The notes under the pieces: model-generated
The model's database searches: none
The model's input: the letters and a program-made list of their open reading frames with translations, nothing else
Told to the model about the DNA's origin: nothing
Translations under genes and position numbers: made by a program
DNA from: a virus
Taxonomy: Duplodnaviria; Caudoviricetes
IMG/VR virus record: IMGVR_UViG_3300049141_000098
Location: 96,001-160,000 of that record
Direction: 5' to 3' (one strand)
Length of the DNA stretch: 64,000 nucleotides
In this document: positions 42,550 to 51,520 of the stretch, piece after piece
How positions within the stretch are numbered: the stretch's first letter is position 1
Layout of the letters: every line of letters starts with the position of its first letter

Positions 42550-42924
42550 ATGCAAGGCGTCACCTATCGACAGGAGATCGAGGCGGCGCGCGACCGGCTG
42601 CGCTCAACGGCCAGGGCCGCCACCGACGCACCGTGGGAGAAGGTTGTCGACCGCCACCAGAGAGGTGTTAGGACGCACAGCGTCTGGTCCGAGAAGAGGG
42701 ACCGATATGTCGCTGAAGTGACCGACACTGAGGAAGACGCTCGCTACATCCAGCTCATGGACTCCCTCTCCGGCCTCATGGTCGCCGACCTGATGACCTC
42801 CTTCCTGGAGACATGCGACGACGACCTGGATGCGAGCAGCGGTCATGAAGAATGCAATGCGGCCGACTGTCAGATCGCGGCCTTCATGACGCTGGCCTTT
42901 CGAATCAACGGGATGAACCCGTGA
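42550..42924 (+). CDS. hypothetical protein
   Basis: SD GGGAGGGG. Confidence 0.65.
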   Translation: MQGVTYRQEIEAARDRLRSTARAATDAPWEKVVDRHQRGVRTHSVWSEKRDRYVAEVTDTEEDARYIQLMDSLSGLMVADLMTSFLETCDDDLDASSGHEECNAADCQIAAFMTLAFRINGMNP

Positions 42925-43052
42925 GTGGCGGCCGGATCGTGGGACTGTCCGTCGCGCTGGCGCCTGCAATCTGCGGCATTCTGCTCGGCCTGGGGTGGAT
43001 CGCGTATCGACTGCACCTGCATTTCACCGAAGGGGAGGGTGACGATGCCTGA
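42921..43052 (+). CDS. small membrane protein
   Basis: single hydrophobic helix; GTGA overlap. Confidence 0.5.
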   Translation: MSGGRIVGLSVALAPAICGILLGLGWIAYRLHLHFTEGEGDDA

Positions 43053-43479
43053 GACCGATATTCCCCGGTATGAGATCGCCGAGCACGCCCTGAACAAGAT
43101 CGGCGAACTGCTGGACGAGTGGGAAGGTTCCGACTGGTCACGCACGGGCCCCGCCCAGGAGGTTCGGGGGATCGTGGACATTGCCAGGGCGCGCCTGCAC
43201 ATGGCGAAGCAGCAGCGGAACTATCGGCGGCGGCCGACATGGCTGGCTAGGGTGACCTCCAGCGTCTACGGGCGGGGATTCATGAAGCCCGGGGAGTTCG
43301 GCAAGGACCCCGATCCGCACCTGTGCTTCACCGTGGAGATCACGGACGGTACGAAGACCGCACGAGGCACGAGGGTGGAAGTCCAGGCTCCCGACAGCGA
43401 GATGGAATTCCTGGCCATGCAGATTCACAACATGGTCGAGCTGCGGCAGAGGCTGAAGGCGGAGGAGAGTGGATCATGA
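43045..43479 (+). CDS. hypothetical protein
   Basis: SD GGAGGG. Confidence 0.65.
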   Translation: MPETDIPRYEIAEHALNKIGELLDEWEGSDWSRTGPAQEVRGIVDIARARLHMAKQQRNYRRRPTWLARVTSSVYGRGFMKPGEFGKDPDPHLCFTVEITDGTKTARGTRVEVQAPDSEMEFLAMQIHNMVELRQRLKAEESGS

Positions 43480-43679
43480 GTAGGCCTCTCCCCTGCCCTG
43501 GCTGCGGCGGTGAGCGTAAACCCCGGACGTACCTGTGCGGAAACTGCTGGTGGCTGCTCAAGCCTTGGGTTCGCGAAGCACTACGACGACGCGACAACCT
43601 TGCCAGAGTTCGGCTGCTGCAACTCCGCAAGCGCATCGCCGACGGCATCCCCCTTGAAAACTTGGAGGTCACGCGATGA
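43476..43679 (+). CDS. small Zn-finger-like protein
   Basis: CPGCG...LCGNCW. Confidence 0.6.
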   Translation: MSRPLPCPGCGGERKPRTYLCGNCWWLLKPWVREALRRRDNLARVRLLQLRKRIADGIPLENLEVTR

Positions 43680-44233
43680 CGGAGTGCACTTGCTCCCCTG
43701 TGGGTGGCATGTCGCAGTGCATCCGCAGCGCGACCTGCCCTGCGCACGATGGGGGCATGTGCGCACAGTGGGGAGATCACGACCCCATGGGCCTCCTCGA
43801 CCCCAACCGCGAGTGGCCGCGCCAGGGTGACCTAGTGACGGCCAAGTCCGGGAGCGTGGAACGGACCGGCAAGCTGGTCGACTTCCACATCATCCAGACC
43901 TCCCCCGGGAACGAGTACGCGATCACCATCTCGACCATCCGGAAGCCGGATTGGGGCATGTACTGCCGACATGGTCTGAAGATCGTTGAAGCAGAACCCG
44001 CCGAGCATACGCTTCAGGGACCCCGACCGCTCTGCACCCTCGGAATAGGCGACTGGAGCCATCGGTGCGCCGAGAGCAGGTACTGCCCGGCTTGCTATCC
44101 GACTGGCCGCAAGGTGCAGCCGTGGCCCTGTCAGGAAGACGGCTGCACCGAGGCCGATTTCGAGCGGGAGCAGCAGGTGGAGATCGAGGAGTACTACGAA
44201 AGTCTGGCCGAACATGCTCGGGCCGACTGGTGA
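43676..44233 (+). CDS. Cys-rich hypothetical protein
   Basis: ATGA overlap; C-terminal PWPC....CT. Confidence 0.55.
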   Translation: MTECTCSPVGGMSQCIRSATCPAHDGGMCAQWGDHDPMGLLDPNREWPRQGDLVTAKSGSVERTGKLVDFHIIQTSPGNEYAITISTIRKPDWGMYCRHGLKIVEAEPAEHTLQGPRPLCTLGIGDWSHRCAESRYCPACYPTGRKVQPWPCQEDGCTEADFEREQQVEIEEYYESLAEHARADW

Positions 44234-44357
44234 GAAGAGGAGTCGCGTCGTGACCTGCGAGTGGATCCCGGGAGAGGCCATTCTAGGCTGTGACTGGGAT
44301 AGAAGCTGCCCGGTTCACGGAGAGGAGCCGCCAGACCCGGCGGAAGGGGAGGGTGAG

Positions 44358-44933
44358 ATGAGCACTCGCGTATTTACCCGCGAGGAACTGGACGCGATGC
44401 ATCTTCCAGATTGCTGGCGTCCGGCGTGGAATTACGAGCGCCGAGAAGGAGAGGCCACCGCTCTTCACCTGGAATGGCACGAGGAGAAGCGCTGGTCGAC
44501 CGTCTGGCGACTGATCTTCAAGGCACCCGACGACGGCAAGATCTACGAGATCTTCTACCGCGAGGGCTCCACCGAGAATCAGGAGGACAGTGACCCCTGG
44601 AACGACGAAGACCGAGTGACGGCAACAGAGGTTGAAGCGCGACCCGTTGTGCGCTCTGAGTGGCGGCCAGTCCGACGCGGTCTAGTGCAACTCGGCAATG
44701 CCCTAGTCGACGCCGAGTGCGTCCGACCATTTCCGCCAGCGCAAGGCATTGCCGACGAGGTAGCGCACGGATGTTGGGAGCCGAACTTTGTCTGGCTGAG
44801 GGAGAAGGCGAAGGAGCTACGTCTTCTCCATGCTGGGATATTCGCCCCCGACACTGGCCTGCCTGAGATGCTCGTGACCTATCTCGACCGCGCCGAGGCC
44901 GCTGCCAAGCGGGGCAAGGAGAAGTTGGCATGA
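44358..44933 (+). CDS. hypothetical protein
   Basis: SD GGAGGG. Confidence 0.65.
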   Translation: MSTRVFTREELDAMHLPDCWRPAWNYERREGEATALHLEWHEEKRWSTVWRLIFKAPDDGKIYEIFYREGSTENQEDSDPWNDEDRVTATEVEARPVVRSEWRPVRRGLVQLGNALVDAECVRPFPPAQGIADEVAHGCWEPNFVWLREKAKELRLLHAGIFAPDTGLPEMLVTYLDRAEAAAKRGKEKLA

Positions 44934-45223
44934 GGTACGGAACCTACTTCGAGAACTCGGGCGCGCCTACCGAGGTCGAGCGTGGCACGTACTGCCCAGA
45001 CGGCGAGAAGATCGCCGAGTTCCCGGCTGGTCGACCGCAGGAGATGCAGGTCATCGAGCCATGGCCTTGCGAGAAGCCGTGGTGCACTCGGGAGAAGTTC
45101 GATCAGGCCCGCGCCGAAATGGAGGCGGAGCTGGCCGATGCGGACAAGCACGCCTGGGGATGTATGAGTGGCCCCGGGCATGAGGGCCCCTGCGATGGAG
45201 ATACCCGGCCGGAGTATCTGTAG
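44930..45223 (+). CDS. hypothetical protein
   Basis: ATGA overlap; PWPC....CT. Confidence 0.65.
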   Translation: MRYGTYFENSGAPTEVERGTYCPDGEKIAEFPAGRPQEMQVIEPWPCEKPWCTREKFDQARAEMEAELADADKHAWGCMSGPGHEGPCDGDTRPEYL

Positions 45224-45265
45224 GGCTTCAGAGAGGGCGAAACGGAAAGGGGAGGGTGAGTTGAG

Positions 45266-46099
45266 ATGGGGCGTCAGCGGCCCGCGAACTCGACGGTTCG
45301 TCACGGCAACCCCGCGTGTGTCAATTATGGTTGCAAGGAGGCTGAATGCATAGAAGCTTCCCGGGTCTACAAGAGGGAGAACGACAGGGCGCGGCGAGAG
45401 GGCGTCAGGGCTACGGTCGATACCGCCGAGGCGGTGAAACATATTCACGAGCTGATGAAATTCGATATGCCCATTCCGGACATGGAAAAGATCTCCGGGG
45501 TGCATTCGAAAACGTTCGTGAAAATACTCAACGGCCGGTGCGAGCGCATCCACTGGGTCACCGAAGAAGCCATCCTCGGCATACCCGTACCGGAGACCGG
45601 GTGGGAGTCTTCGGCTGACTGCTACGTCAATGCCATCCCGGCAACTCGACGGCTACAGGCACTGGGTGTACAGGGTTTCACCGTGCCCGTTCTCTCGACG
45701 GAAATGAACGTGGAGCAGAGCGTCATCAACTCCGTCCGGTCCGGGCGGAGGCTCCGTATTCGAATGAAGACCATGCGCTCCATCAGGCGGGCTCATGACC
45801 GGCTCTATGACGCTGACCCTCTGGACTACGGAGTGTCGCGCGGGGATCTGACTCGCGCTCTTCGATTCGCCGAGAAGCAGGGTTGGTATCCAACTGAAGC
45901 GTGGGCCGATATCGATGACCCAGAATGCGAGCCGATCCTCAAGACACCTCGCTACATTTCTCTCACGGAGGATGCTCGGGAGCTGATAGAGCAGCAGGAT
46001 TACACGCTGGAACAGGCAGCCGGACGCCTGGGTGTCACGGTGAATGCAATCCAGAAGGCAAGGGCCAGGTATCGAGAGAACATGGCGAAAGCGTCGTGA
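45266..46099 (+). CDS. multi-HTH DNA-binding-like phage protein
   Basis: N-terminal H...C...C.C..C, then repeated helix-turn-helix-like segments (ATRRLQAL...G; LEQAAGRLGVTVNAI). Confidence 0.7.
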   Translation: MGRQRPANSTVRHGNPACVNYGCKEAECIEASRVYKRENDRARREGVRATVDTAEAVKHIHELMKFDMPIPDMEKISGVHSKTFVKILNGRCERIHWVTEEAILGIPVPETGWESSADCYVNAIPATRRLQALGVQGFTVPVLSTEMNVEQSVINSVRSGRRLRIRMKTMRSIRRAHDRLYDADPLDYGVSRGDLTRALRFAEKQGWYPTEAWADIDDPECEPILKTPRYISLTEDARELIEQQDYTLEQAAGRLGVTVNAIQKARARYRENMAKAS

Positions 46100-46350
46100 C
46101 CGAGAATTCTGGTCGGCTGCTGGTCTGCACTCGCTGTGGCAGTCCAGCAGCCGTCGCCGAGGACACCGAAGGATGGGTCGACTGGGGTCTGGCCATTGTC
46201 GATGAAGACGGCGTGGTTCGGCCGCAGAGTGTGGACCCTGAAGGGATCACCGCCGTCACGAACATCCTCCGAGTGCGCGCATGCTGCACCAACCCGGAAT
46301 GCGAGTACCAGTGGACGCTCCGGCGTCGATTCGACCCCACGAGGATCTGA
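46096..46350 (+). CDS. Zn-ribbon-like hypothetical protein
   Basis: CTRCG...CTNPEC. Confidence 0.6.
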   Translation: MTENSGRLLVCTRCGSPAAVAEDTEGWVDWGLAIVDEDGVVRPQSVDPEGITAVTNILRVRACCTNPECEYQWTLRRRFDPTRI

Positions 46351-46367
46351 CCAGGCAGGGAGGGAAC

Positions 46368-47183
46368 GTGGCGACACCGACGAAGATGACCACGCCGGAG
46401 CTGAACGAGGCGCTGCATGCGCACTTCATCCGCCCCGAGGACCGGATCGACCAGGCTAGGGCTGGAGCCGTCTACCTCACCGAGGTCACGGCACCCAACA
46501 GCAACCGGCGAGCAGACGCTGTGCACATCGGACTGTGGTCCTCGCGCGGCGCCGGACGGATAGACGTGTGCGAACTGAAGATCAGTCGCGACGACTTCCG
46601 GCGAGAGCTGGACAAGCCGGAGAAGGCGGAGGCCTGGTGGCCCTACTGTGACGCCTTCTGGATCGTGGCCCCCTCTGTTGAGGTGGCGCCGCCGGAGGAG
46701 CTGCCGGACGGCTGGGGGCTGATGGTCCCCGGTCCGCGCGGGCGGCGCTTCAAGAAGATCGTCGAACCGAAGAAGGACGAACCGGCAAAGATCACGCTGC
46801 CTCTGCTGCTCACCCTCCTCAAGAACACGGAGACAACGCGCACCAACGCCCTGCACCAGCAGGGGAAGAAGCTGCGACAGGAGGCGTACGAGCGCGAGCA
46901 GCGAGCGCTGGCGCGACGTCAGGCCAACACCTCCTCGGGGCGTCGCGTGGAGGCCCTGGATCGCCTGGAGGAGGTGTTGGGGTTGAAGCTGGACGACTAT
47001 CCGTGGGACGGCCGGATCACCCCGGAGACGGCCGCCGAGAGCCTGAAGACCTTCATGCAGGGGCAGGCCGCCGTTGACAATGCCAAGAAGGATGCCGAGC
47101 ACATGGTGCGCGAGCTGGACCGGGTTGCCAAGCAGGCGGGTGAGCAGGCCGATGCCTTGCGCAAGACTCTGGGGATCGGGTGA
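46368..47183 (+). CDS. MmcB-like PD-(D/E)XK endonuclease-fold protein
   Basis: EV...RRADAV...ELKISRDDFRREL..PEK...YCDAFWIVAP. Confidence 0.8.
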   Translation: MATPTKMTTPELNEALHAHFIRPEDRIDQARAGAVYLTEVTAPNSNRRADAVHIGLWSSRGAGRIDVCELKISRDDFRRELDKPEKAEAWWPYCDAFWIVAPSVEVAPPEELPDGWGLMVPGPRGRRFKKIVEPKKDEPAKITLPLLLTLLKNTETTRTNALHQQGKKLRQEAYEREQRALARRQANTSSGRRVEALDRLEEVLGLKLDDYPWDGRITPETAAESLKTFMQGQAAVDNAKKDAEHMVRELDRVAKQAGEQADALRKTLGIG

Positions 47184-47239
47184 CGACCCGCCCCCTGCGG
47201 GGCTGGCGCTTTGTGTGAACTCTGCAAGGAGAATCGGGA

Positions 47240-47596
47240 ATGGAACCGCAATCGGTGAAATGCAACTTCTATGTACGAACCCCATCGAAGGATGACAAGT
47301 TCCACTACGACCGCGTCTCCATCAAAGGGCAGCCCGGAAGTGATGGCAGCTTGTCCACATTCCACCCTCCGGTAGTCGACGATCGCGTATTGCTGATCGA
47401 CCAGCACGGCCAAGTCCCCGATGGGGTCTACCGGGTCATCGAGCGGGGCTGGCTCCCCGTTGCCTACGGCTCGGCATCATGGCCGCATGGCGCACCAAGT
47501 GCTCAAACGGGCCCAACCCTGAATCTGCTCGTCGAGGAGTGCGACGGGATGTTCATGAACGAGTCCGATCTGCCGTCACCGTTCGGAGGGGACTGA
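47240..47596 (+). CDS. hypothetical protein
   Basis: ORF in co-directional run. Confidence 0.55.
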   Translation: MEPQSVKCNFYVRTPSKDDKFHYDRVSIKGQPGSDGSLSTFHPPVVDDRVLLIDQHGQVPDGVYRVIERGWLPVAYGSASWPHGAPSAQTGPTLNLLVEECDGMFMNESDLPSPFGGD

Positions 47597-47597
47597 C

Positions 47598-47921
47598 ATG
47601 GGGGCATACGCCAGCATCTGCATCGTCTACGGGGTGGCCATCGACATCGAGGCCTCCGCGCTGGATTGGTGGGACCTGCCGGAAGAGGGAGAGGTGACCG
47701 GCATGGGCGTGGGGCTGTACGGAGGCTTCAAGAATCAGCACTTAATCATCTCTAGCACCCTGGAGAGTCTGGAACCGAGTGACGTGAAGGCCGTGCAGCC
47801 GTACCAGGCGGCCAGCGACCCCTACCTGACGTGGGACGCCATGCTCGTCGCGACGGCCGAGGATCTGAAGGTCCCCATCGTGGGTCAACCCGGCTGGCTC
47901 TTCAGTTTCGACGAAAGCTGA
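47598..47921 (+). CDS. hypothetical protein (contains a TTA codon)
   Basis: SD GGAGGG; TTA at 47742-47744 in frame. Confidence 0.65.
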   Translation: MGAYASICIVYGVAIDIEASALDWWDLPEEGEVTGMGVGLYGGFKNQHLIISSTLESLEPSDVKAVQPYQAASDPYLTWDAMLVATAEDLKVPIVGQPGWLFSFDES

Positions 47922-47925
47922 GGGC

Positions 47926-48363
47926 GTGATGGCAGAAGCCGAACCCTGGTGGATGGTCGGCTGCGACGGCTCGGTTCCTCACTTCTACCAGGCGCGGACA
48001 GGGAGGTCTGCCGTGGCGAAGTTCCGGGCCAACCTGATCGAGATGGAACGGGGCGGCGCGGGCGTCAGCCTCAAGGACGCCCGCTACATCGTCAGGGCAT
48101 TGGAGCCCCAGGTCATCGACGGTCCCCTGACGGCGCAGGAGGCTTACGACGTCGACCTTGGCTGGCTGTGGGCCACCGCCATGTGCGATCAGCATCTCGG
48201 TGCTGAGGTGATCCCCAGCGGTCCGGCCACCCGGGGGCAGGCCGTCGACTGCATCGGGGAGGATCAGGTGATCCGCATGGAACGCTCGGCACGCAAGAGG
48301 TACCGGCTGAACGGATGCGGCCAGGGGAAAGGCGCGGTGTCATCCGATGCGCAGCAAGCTTAA
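47926..48363 (+). CDS. hypothetical protein
   Basis: GC3 bias. Confidence 0.6.
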   Translation: MMAEAEPWWMVGCDGSVPHFYQARTGRSAVAKFRANLIEMERGGAGVSLKDARYIVRALEPQVIDGPLTAQEAYDVDLGWLWATAMCDQHLGAEVIPSGPATRGQAVDCIGEDQVIRMERSARKRYRLNGCGQGKGAVSSDAQQA

Positions 48364-48559
48364 GCGCTGGATCGAGCGCGATGAGGGCCACAGAGACAAC
48401 CCGTGGCATCACGAGTTGGTGCACTGGCTCTACGGTCCGGCAGCCTGGGGTCGCAAGTGCTACCGGGTCAGGTACCCATGGCTGCATGTGCACCTGATTC
48501 CCGGCCGCTGGTTGGACCGGGCATGCGCGCGAGCGGAAAGGGAGAAGAGGTATGAGTGA
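48347..48559 (+). CDS. Trp/His-rich small protein
   Basis: overlapping coupling on both sides. Confidence 0.5.
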   Translation: MRSKLKRWIERDEGHRDNPWHHELVHWLYGPAAWGRKCYRVRYPWLHVHLIPGRWLDRACARAEREKRYE

Positions 48560-49067
48560 AGCGGGTGACGACAGCGCTCTGGAAGAGGCGCTGCTGCGAC
48601 AGTGGCGGCCTGAGAGGGCCGACACGCTCGAAGGAGCGCGAGATCAGATCGAGCAGCTCATGCTTCCGGGGTTGATGCGAGGCGGTCTGAGCGCCGCAGA
48701 GGTGCGCGTCGAGGCCATGAACGTGCTGGCGCGCTTCGAGCGGAAGTCCTCCGAGAGGATCCTCACTGGCATCGTGGAGGGACCGAGGGAGGCCTGTCGC
48801 AGCACCCAGCACTGCGCCTATCACGGCTGGTGTCACCGCTGTGACCCCAAATTCGCTGCCTTGATGAACGAGATTAACCACATCATCCAGTCTGCTTCGA
48901 GCGACCATCATGCCTGGGGCCCGCTTTATGAGCAGATCGGCAAGGTGCTGCACGGCAGTGCCGAGGTGATCCTGGCTGTCGAGCTGGCTGAAGCCCGGGA
49001 GACGCAGCAGCGGCTGGAGCGACAGCTTCGCGAAGTCAAGCACCGGATTGAAGGGCTGGAAAAGTAG
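48552..49067 (+). CDS. hypothetical protein
   Basis: HCAYHGWCHRC; C-terminal coiled coil. Confidence 0.65.
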   Translation: MSEAGDDSALEEALLRQWRPERADTLEGARDQIEQLMLPGLMRGGLSAAEVRVEAMNVLARFERKSSERILTGIVEGPREACRSTQHCAYHGWCHRCDPKFAALMNEINHIIQSASSDHHAWGPLYEQIGKVLHGSAEVILAVELAEARETQQRLERQLREVKHRIEGLEK

Positions 49068-49070
49068 AAC

Positions 49071-49096
49071 AGGCCGGGGGTTCCGACCCCCGGCCT
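49071..49096. terminator. hairpin between convergent genes
   Basis: AGGCCGGGGG TTCCGA CCCCCGGCCT. Confidence 0.7.
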
Positions 49097-49135
49097 GCTG
49101 CTATCTCGTATTAGTGCCGGTCCTTGGGAAGCTGG

Positions 49136-49903
49136 TCACTCACCTGCTCCGGCTTGTTCGGCCTGGCGCACCTGCTCTCGGGTGCTCCCTCCGGGCATGC
49201 GGGCACGCTGGAGTTGATACTCCAGCTCCGGCAGAGCCTTGCGCTTGCGCGCCAGAACCTTCGGCAGGACCGGATGACTGCGCTCCATGCTCACCCATCG
49301 CTCGTACAGGGCGATGCGCGCCTCCAGGATCCGCTTACGTTCTACGGCGGCCCCAACCCGGTCATCGCCGAACGTGCCTGAATCGACCTTGAGTTGCGCA
49401 TCGCGCAGGCGCTGCACCTCTACTGGCACAAAGGCGGGTGTCAGGACGGTGGTGCGCAGGGCGGGCAGGCCGCCCGACTTGTTCTCGATGAGCTGGTCCG
49501 GCTCCGCTTTCGGGTAGTCAGGCTGCCGGTCGAAGCGTGCAGCCCCTGGTCGCCGCACGGCGGAGGCGGGCTGGAAGCCCCCCAGGAAGATGGCCAAGGG
49601 GCGATCGTTGTTCATTCCGCGCACCGAGGCGATCTTCAGGTCGGCCAGGGTCCTGGTGATGTGCTTGGCCTCGACGGCGCCGAGAGCGGTGCCATTGCGG
49701 TCTGGCAACTGGGCAAGGTCGCGAGACGTGACCGGCTGCCTGGTCGCAAACGACCACGCAAGAAGTGCCAGGACGGAAACTTCTTCCTGGTCGAGCTGTC
49801 CGAAGATCCGAGGTGACGGCGGCACACCTGTCCAGCCTTGCTTCCCGTTCACGCTCTCCCCTTTCCTCGTCCCTGGCGATACAGGGATCAGGGTAAGCAT
49901 CAT
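49136..49903 (-). CDS. hypothetical protein
   Basis: 255-aa ORF; start uncertain. Confidence 0.6.
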   Translation of the reverse strand: MMLTLIPVSPGTRKGESVNGKQGWTGVPPSPRIFGQLDQEEVSVLALLAWSFATRQPVTSRDLAQLPDRNGTALGAVEAKHITRTLADLKIASVRGMNNDRPLAIFLGGFQPASAVRRPGAARFDRQPDYPKAEPDQLIENKSGGLPALRTTVLTPAFVPVEVQRLRDAQLKVDSGTFGDDRVGAAVERKRILEARIALYERWVSMERSHPVLPKVLARKRKALPELEYQLQRARMPGGSTREQVRQAEQAGAGE

Positions 49904-50028
49904 AACCGCCCTGACCTGGCCTCGTCACGCTCCGTTCCAGGCATGAGAAGTGTCACGAATGAGCTACAGCGAAGTGGCCCATGCCATCAAAACAGCTCTG
50001 GCACAGACGTGTTCATGTCCGATAGACT

Positions 50029-50038
50029 GGCCTAGGCC
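50029..50038. promoter_or_regulatory. GGCCTAGGCC palindrome directly after a TAGACT -10-like hexamer
   Basis: intergenic; TAGACT 50023-50028. Confidence 0.55.
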
Positions 50039-50080
50039 GAACAGGAAAGGCGGCCGAAGAAACTTCGGAAAGGACAAAGC

Positions 50081-50227
50081 GTGATGCTCGAATTTCGCTC
50101 CGGAACTGAACGAAGCGACGGGGGTGGGGAAAGCTCCGGCGGAGTCCCTGCGGGAAACCGAGGGCAGGGATCCGGCAACAGCGGTAAGTCCGTCAAGGAC
50201 TGGAAGGCGGGACGGGGGCCGCAGTGA
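50081..50227 (+). CDS. small Gly/Ser-rich hypothetical peptide
   Basis: SD TTCGGAAAGG; 48 aa, below the ORF-track cutoff. Confidence 0.4.
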   Translation: MMLEFRSGTERSDGGGESSGGVPAGNRGQGSGNSGKSVKDWKAGRGPQ

Positions 50228-50302
50228 GCAACATGCAGAAGGTCGAGGAGCTGCCCACCATCAAGGCCGTCGCCGCTGACTAACGGCACATCGCGCAAAG
50301 CG

Positions 50303-50340
50303 AAGAACCCGCCCCTCCGTCAGCAAGGGCGGGTTCTTTT
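50303..50340 (+). terminator. intrinsic terminator
   Basis: AAGAACCCGCCC ... GGGCGGGTTCTT followed by T-run. Confidence 0.8.
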
Positions 50341-50394
50341 GCGCGCTCATGACTACCCTGTGGTCTTGATGGTGATCCAAAAACAGGAGGCCCG

Positions 50395-51240
50395 ATGGCC
50401 AACGGATACGACACCCATTCGCTGGCGGCGACCAATCTGAACGAGGCCGCCTCCAGCTCCGATGTGGCGCCCATGACGGCAGTCCGGGATAAGCGCTTCA
50501 CCCGTACCGGCATCGGCTTTCGCAGTCAGGCCACGGAAGCCGCCATGCGGGACTACCCGGGCGGTGTCGCCAGCCGCAAGCGTGGCCAGGTGGACGAGTC
50601 CAAGCTGCCATGGGAAACCGCCCAGGAGGCCACCTCGCCGCAGATCCGGCCGAGGGATACCCTGCCTCCCTCCGGCATGCGAGAGGCCCTGCCGCCGTGG
50701 CTGAGGGGCAAGGACGAGGAAGAGCAGAAAGAGGCCCTGCCGCCCTGGCTCCAGGACAAGAAGGACGCCGAGAGCAAGGACGACGAGGAACGGGAGTCTG
50801 CCCGCACCGGCGTCCGCGAGAGCTGGTTCGAAGACGATGGCGAAGCCCTCGCTTGCAGCAACGGCTTCCCCGACGAATGGCAGGCACGTAACGCCCTGTC
50901 CACGCTGGCGCAGTTCGTGGACGGGGGCACGCTCAAGGCCATCCAGAACCAGATCAAGCAGACCTATCCCGGCGTAGACCGCGAGGAGGGTGCCAATGCG
51001 TCCGTTCCGACTTACGTGGGCGAAGCGCAGGGGAACCTGGCGGAAGCGCCCCTCGACGCCAAGAAGCGCAACAATCTCGACAGCTCCGATTTCGCACTTC
51101 CAGGCAGGAAGTACCCCATCGACACCCCGGAGCGCGCCCGCTCGGCGCTGGCGAGGGTGAAGCAGTTCGGTTCGCCGGAAGACCAGCGCAAGGTCAAGAC
51201 AGCCGTGCAGAAGAAGTACCCGAACATGAAGACCGACTGA
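50395..51240 (+). CDS. acidic protein with C-terminal DUF6582-like domain (phage head-associated type)
   Basis: DFALPGRKYPIDTPERARSALARVKQFG...V..AV.KKYP; two EALPPWL repeats. Confidence 0.75.
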   Translation: MANGYDTHSLAATNLNEAASSSDVAPMTAVRDKRFTRTGIGFRSQATEAAMRDYPGGVASRKRGQVDESKLPWETAQEATSPQIRPRDTLPPSGMREALPPWLRGKDEEEQKEALPPWLQDKKDAESKDDEERESARTGVRESWFEDDGEALACSNGFPDEWQARNALSTLAQFVDGGTLKAIQNQIKQTYPGVDREEGANASVPTYVGEAQGNLAEAPLDAKKRNNLDSSDFALPGRKYPIDTPERARSALARVKQFGSPEDQRKVKTAVQKKYPNMKTD

Positions 51241-51244
51241 CAAA

Positions 51245-51287
51245 GAGACTCCGCCTGGGTGCGAGGTGCAACTCAGGCGGAGTTCTC
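51245..51287 (+). terminator. hairpin
   Basis: GAGACTCCGCCTGGGT ... ACTCAGGCGGAGTTCTC. Confidence 0.65.
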
Positions 51288-51520
51288 AAGGGTGAGCCCA
51301 GGTCAGGTGAGGCCACCCCTCCGTACACCCATCGTTCCAGTCACGTGACGGCTGGGGCAACGGTTGAGGGTGGGTGTGTTGCGTCGAAGGCGCAGAAAAG
51401 CCAAGGGCCCGCATCCTTGGGCTGGGTGAAGTCGGCCTGGATGCGGGCTTGAGGTGATCGTAGCGAAACAAAGGAGGCTTTCGACACGAATGTAAAGCTT
51501 GTAGGGGGATTCGGGCGGTC

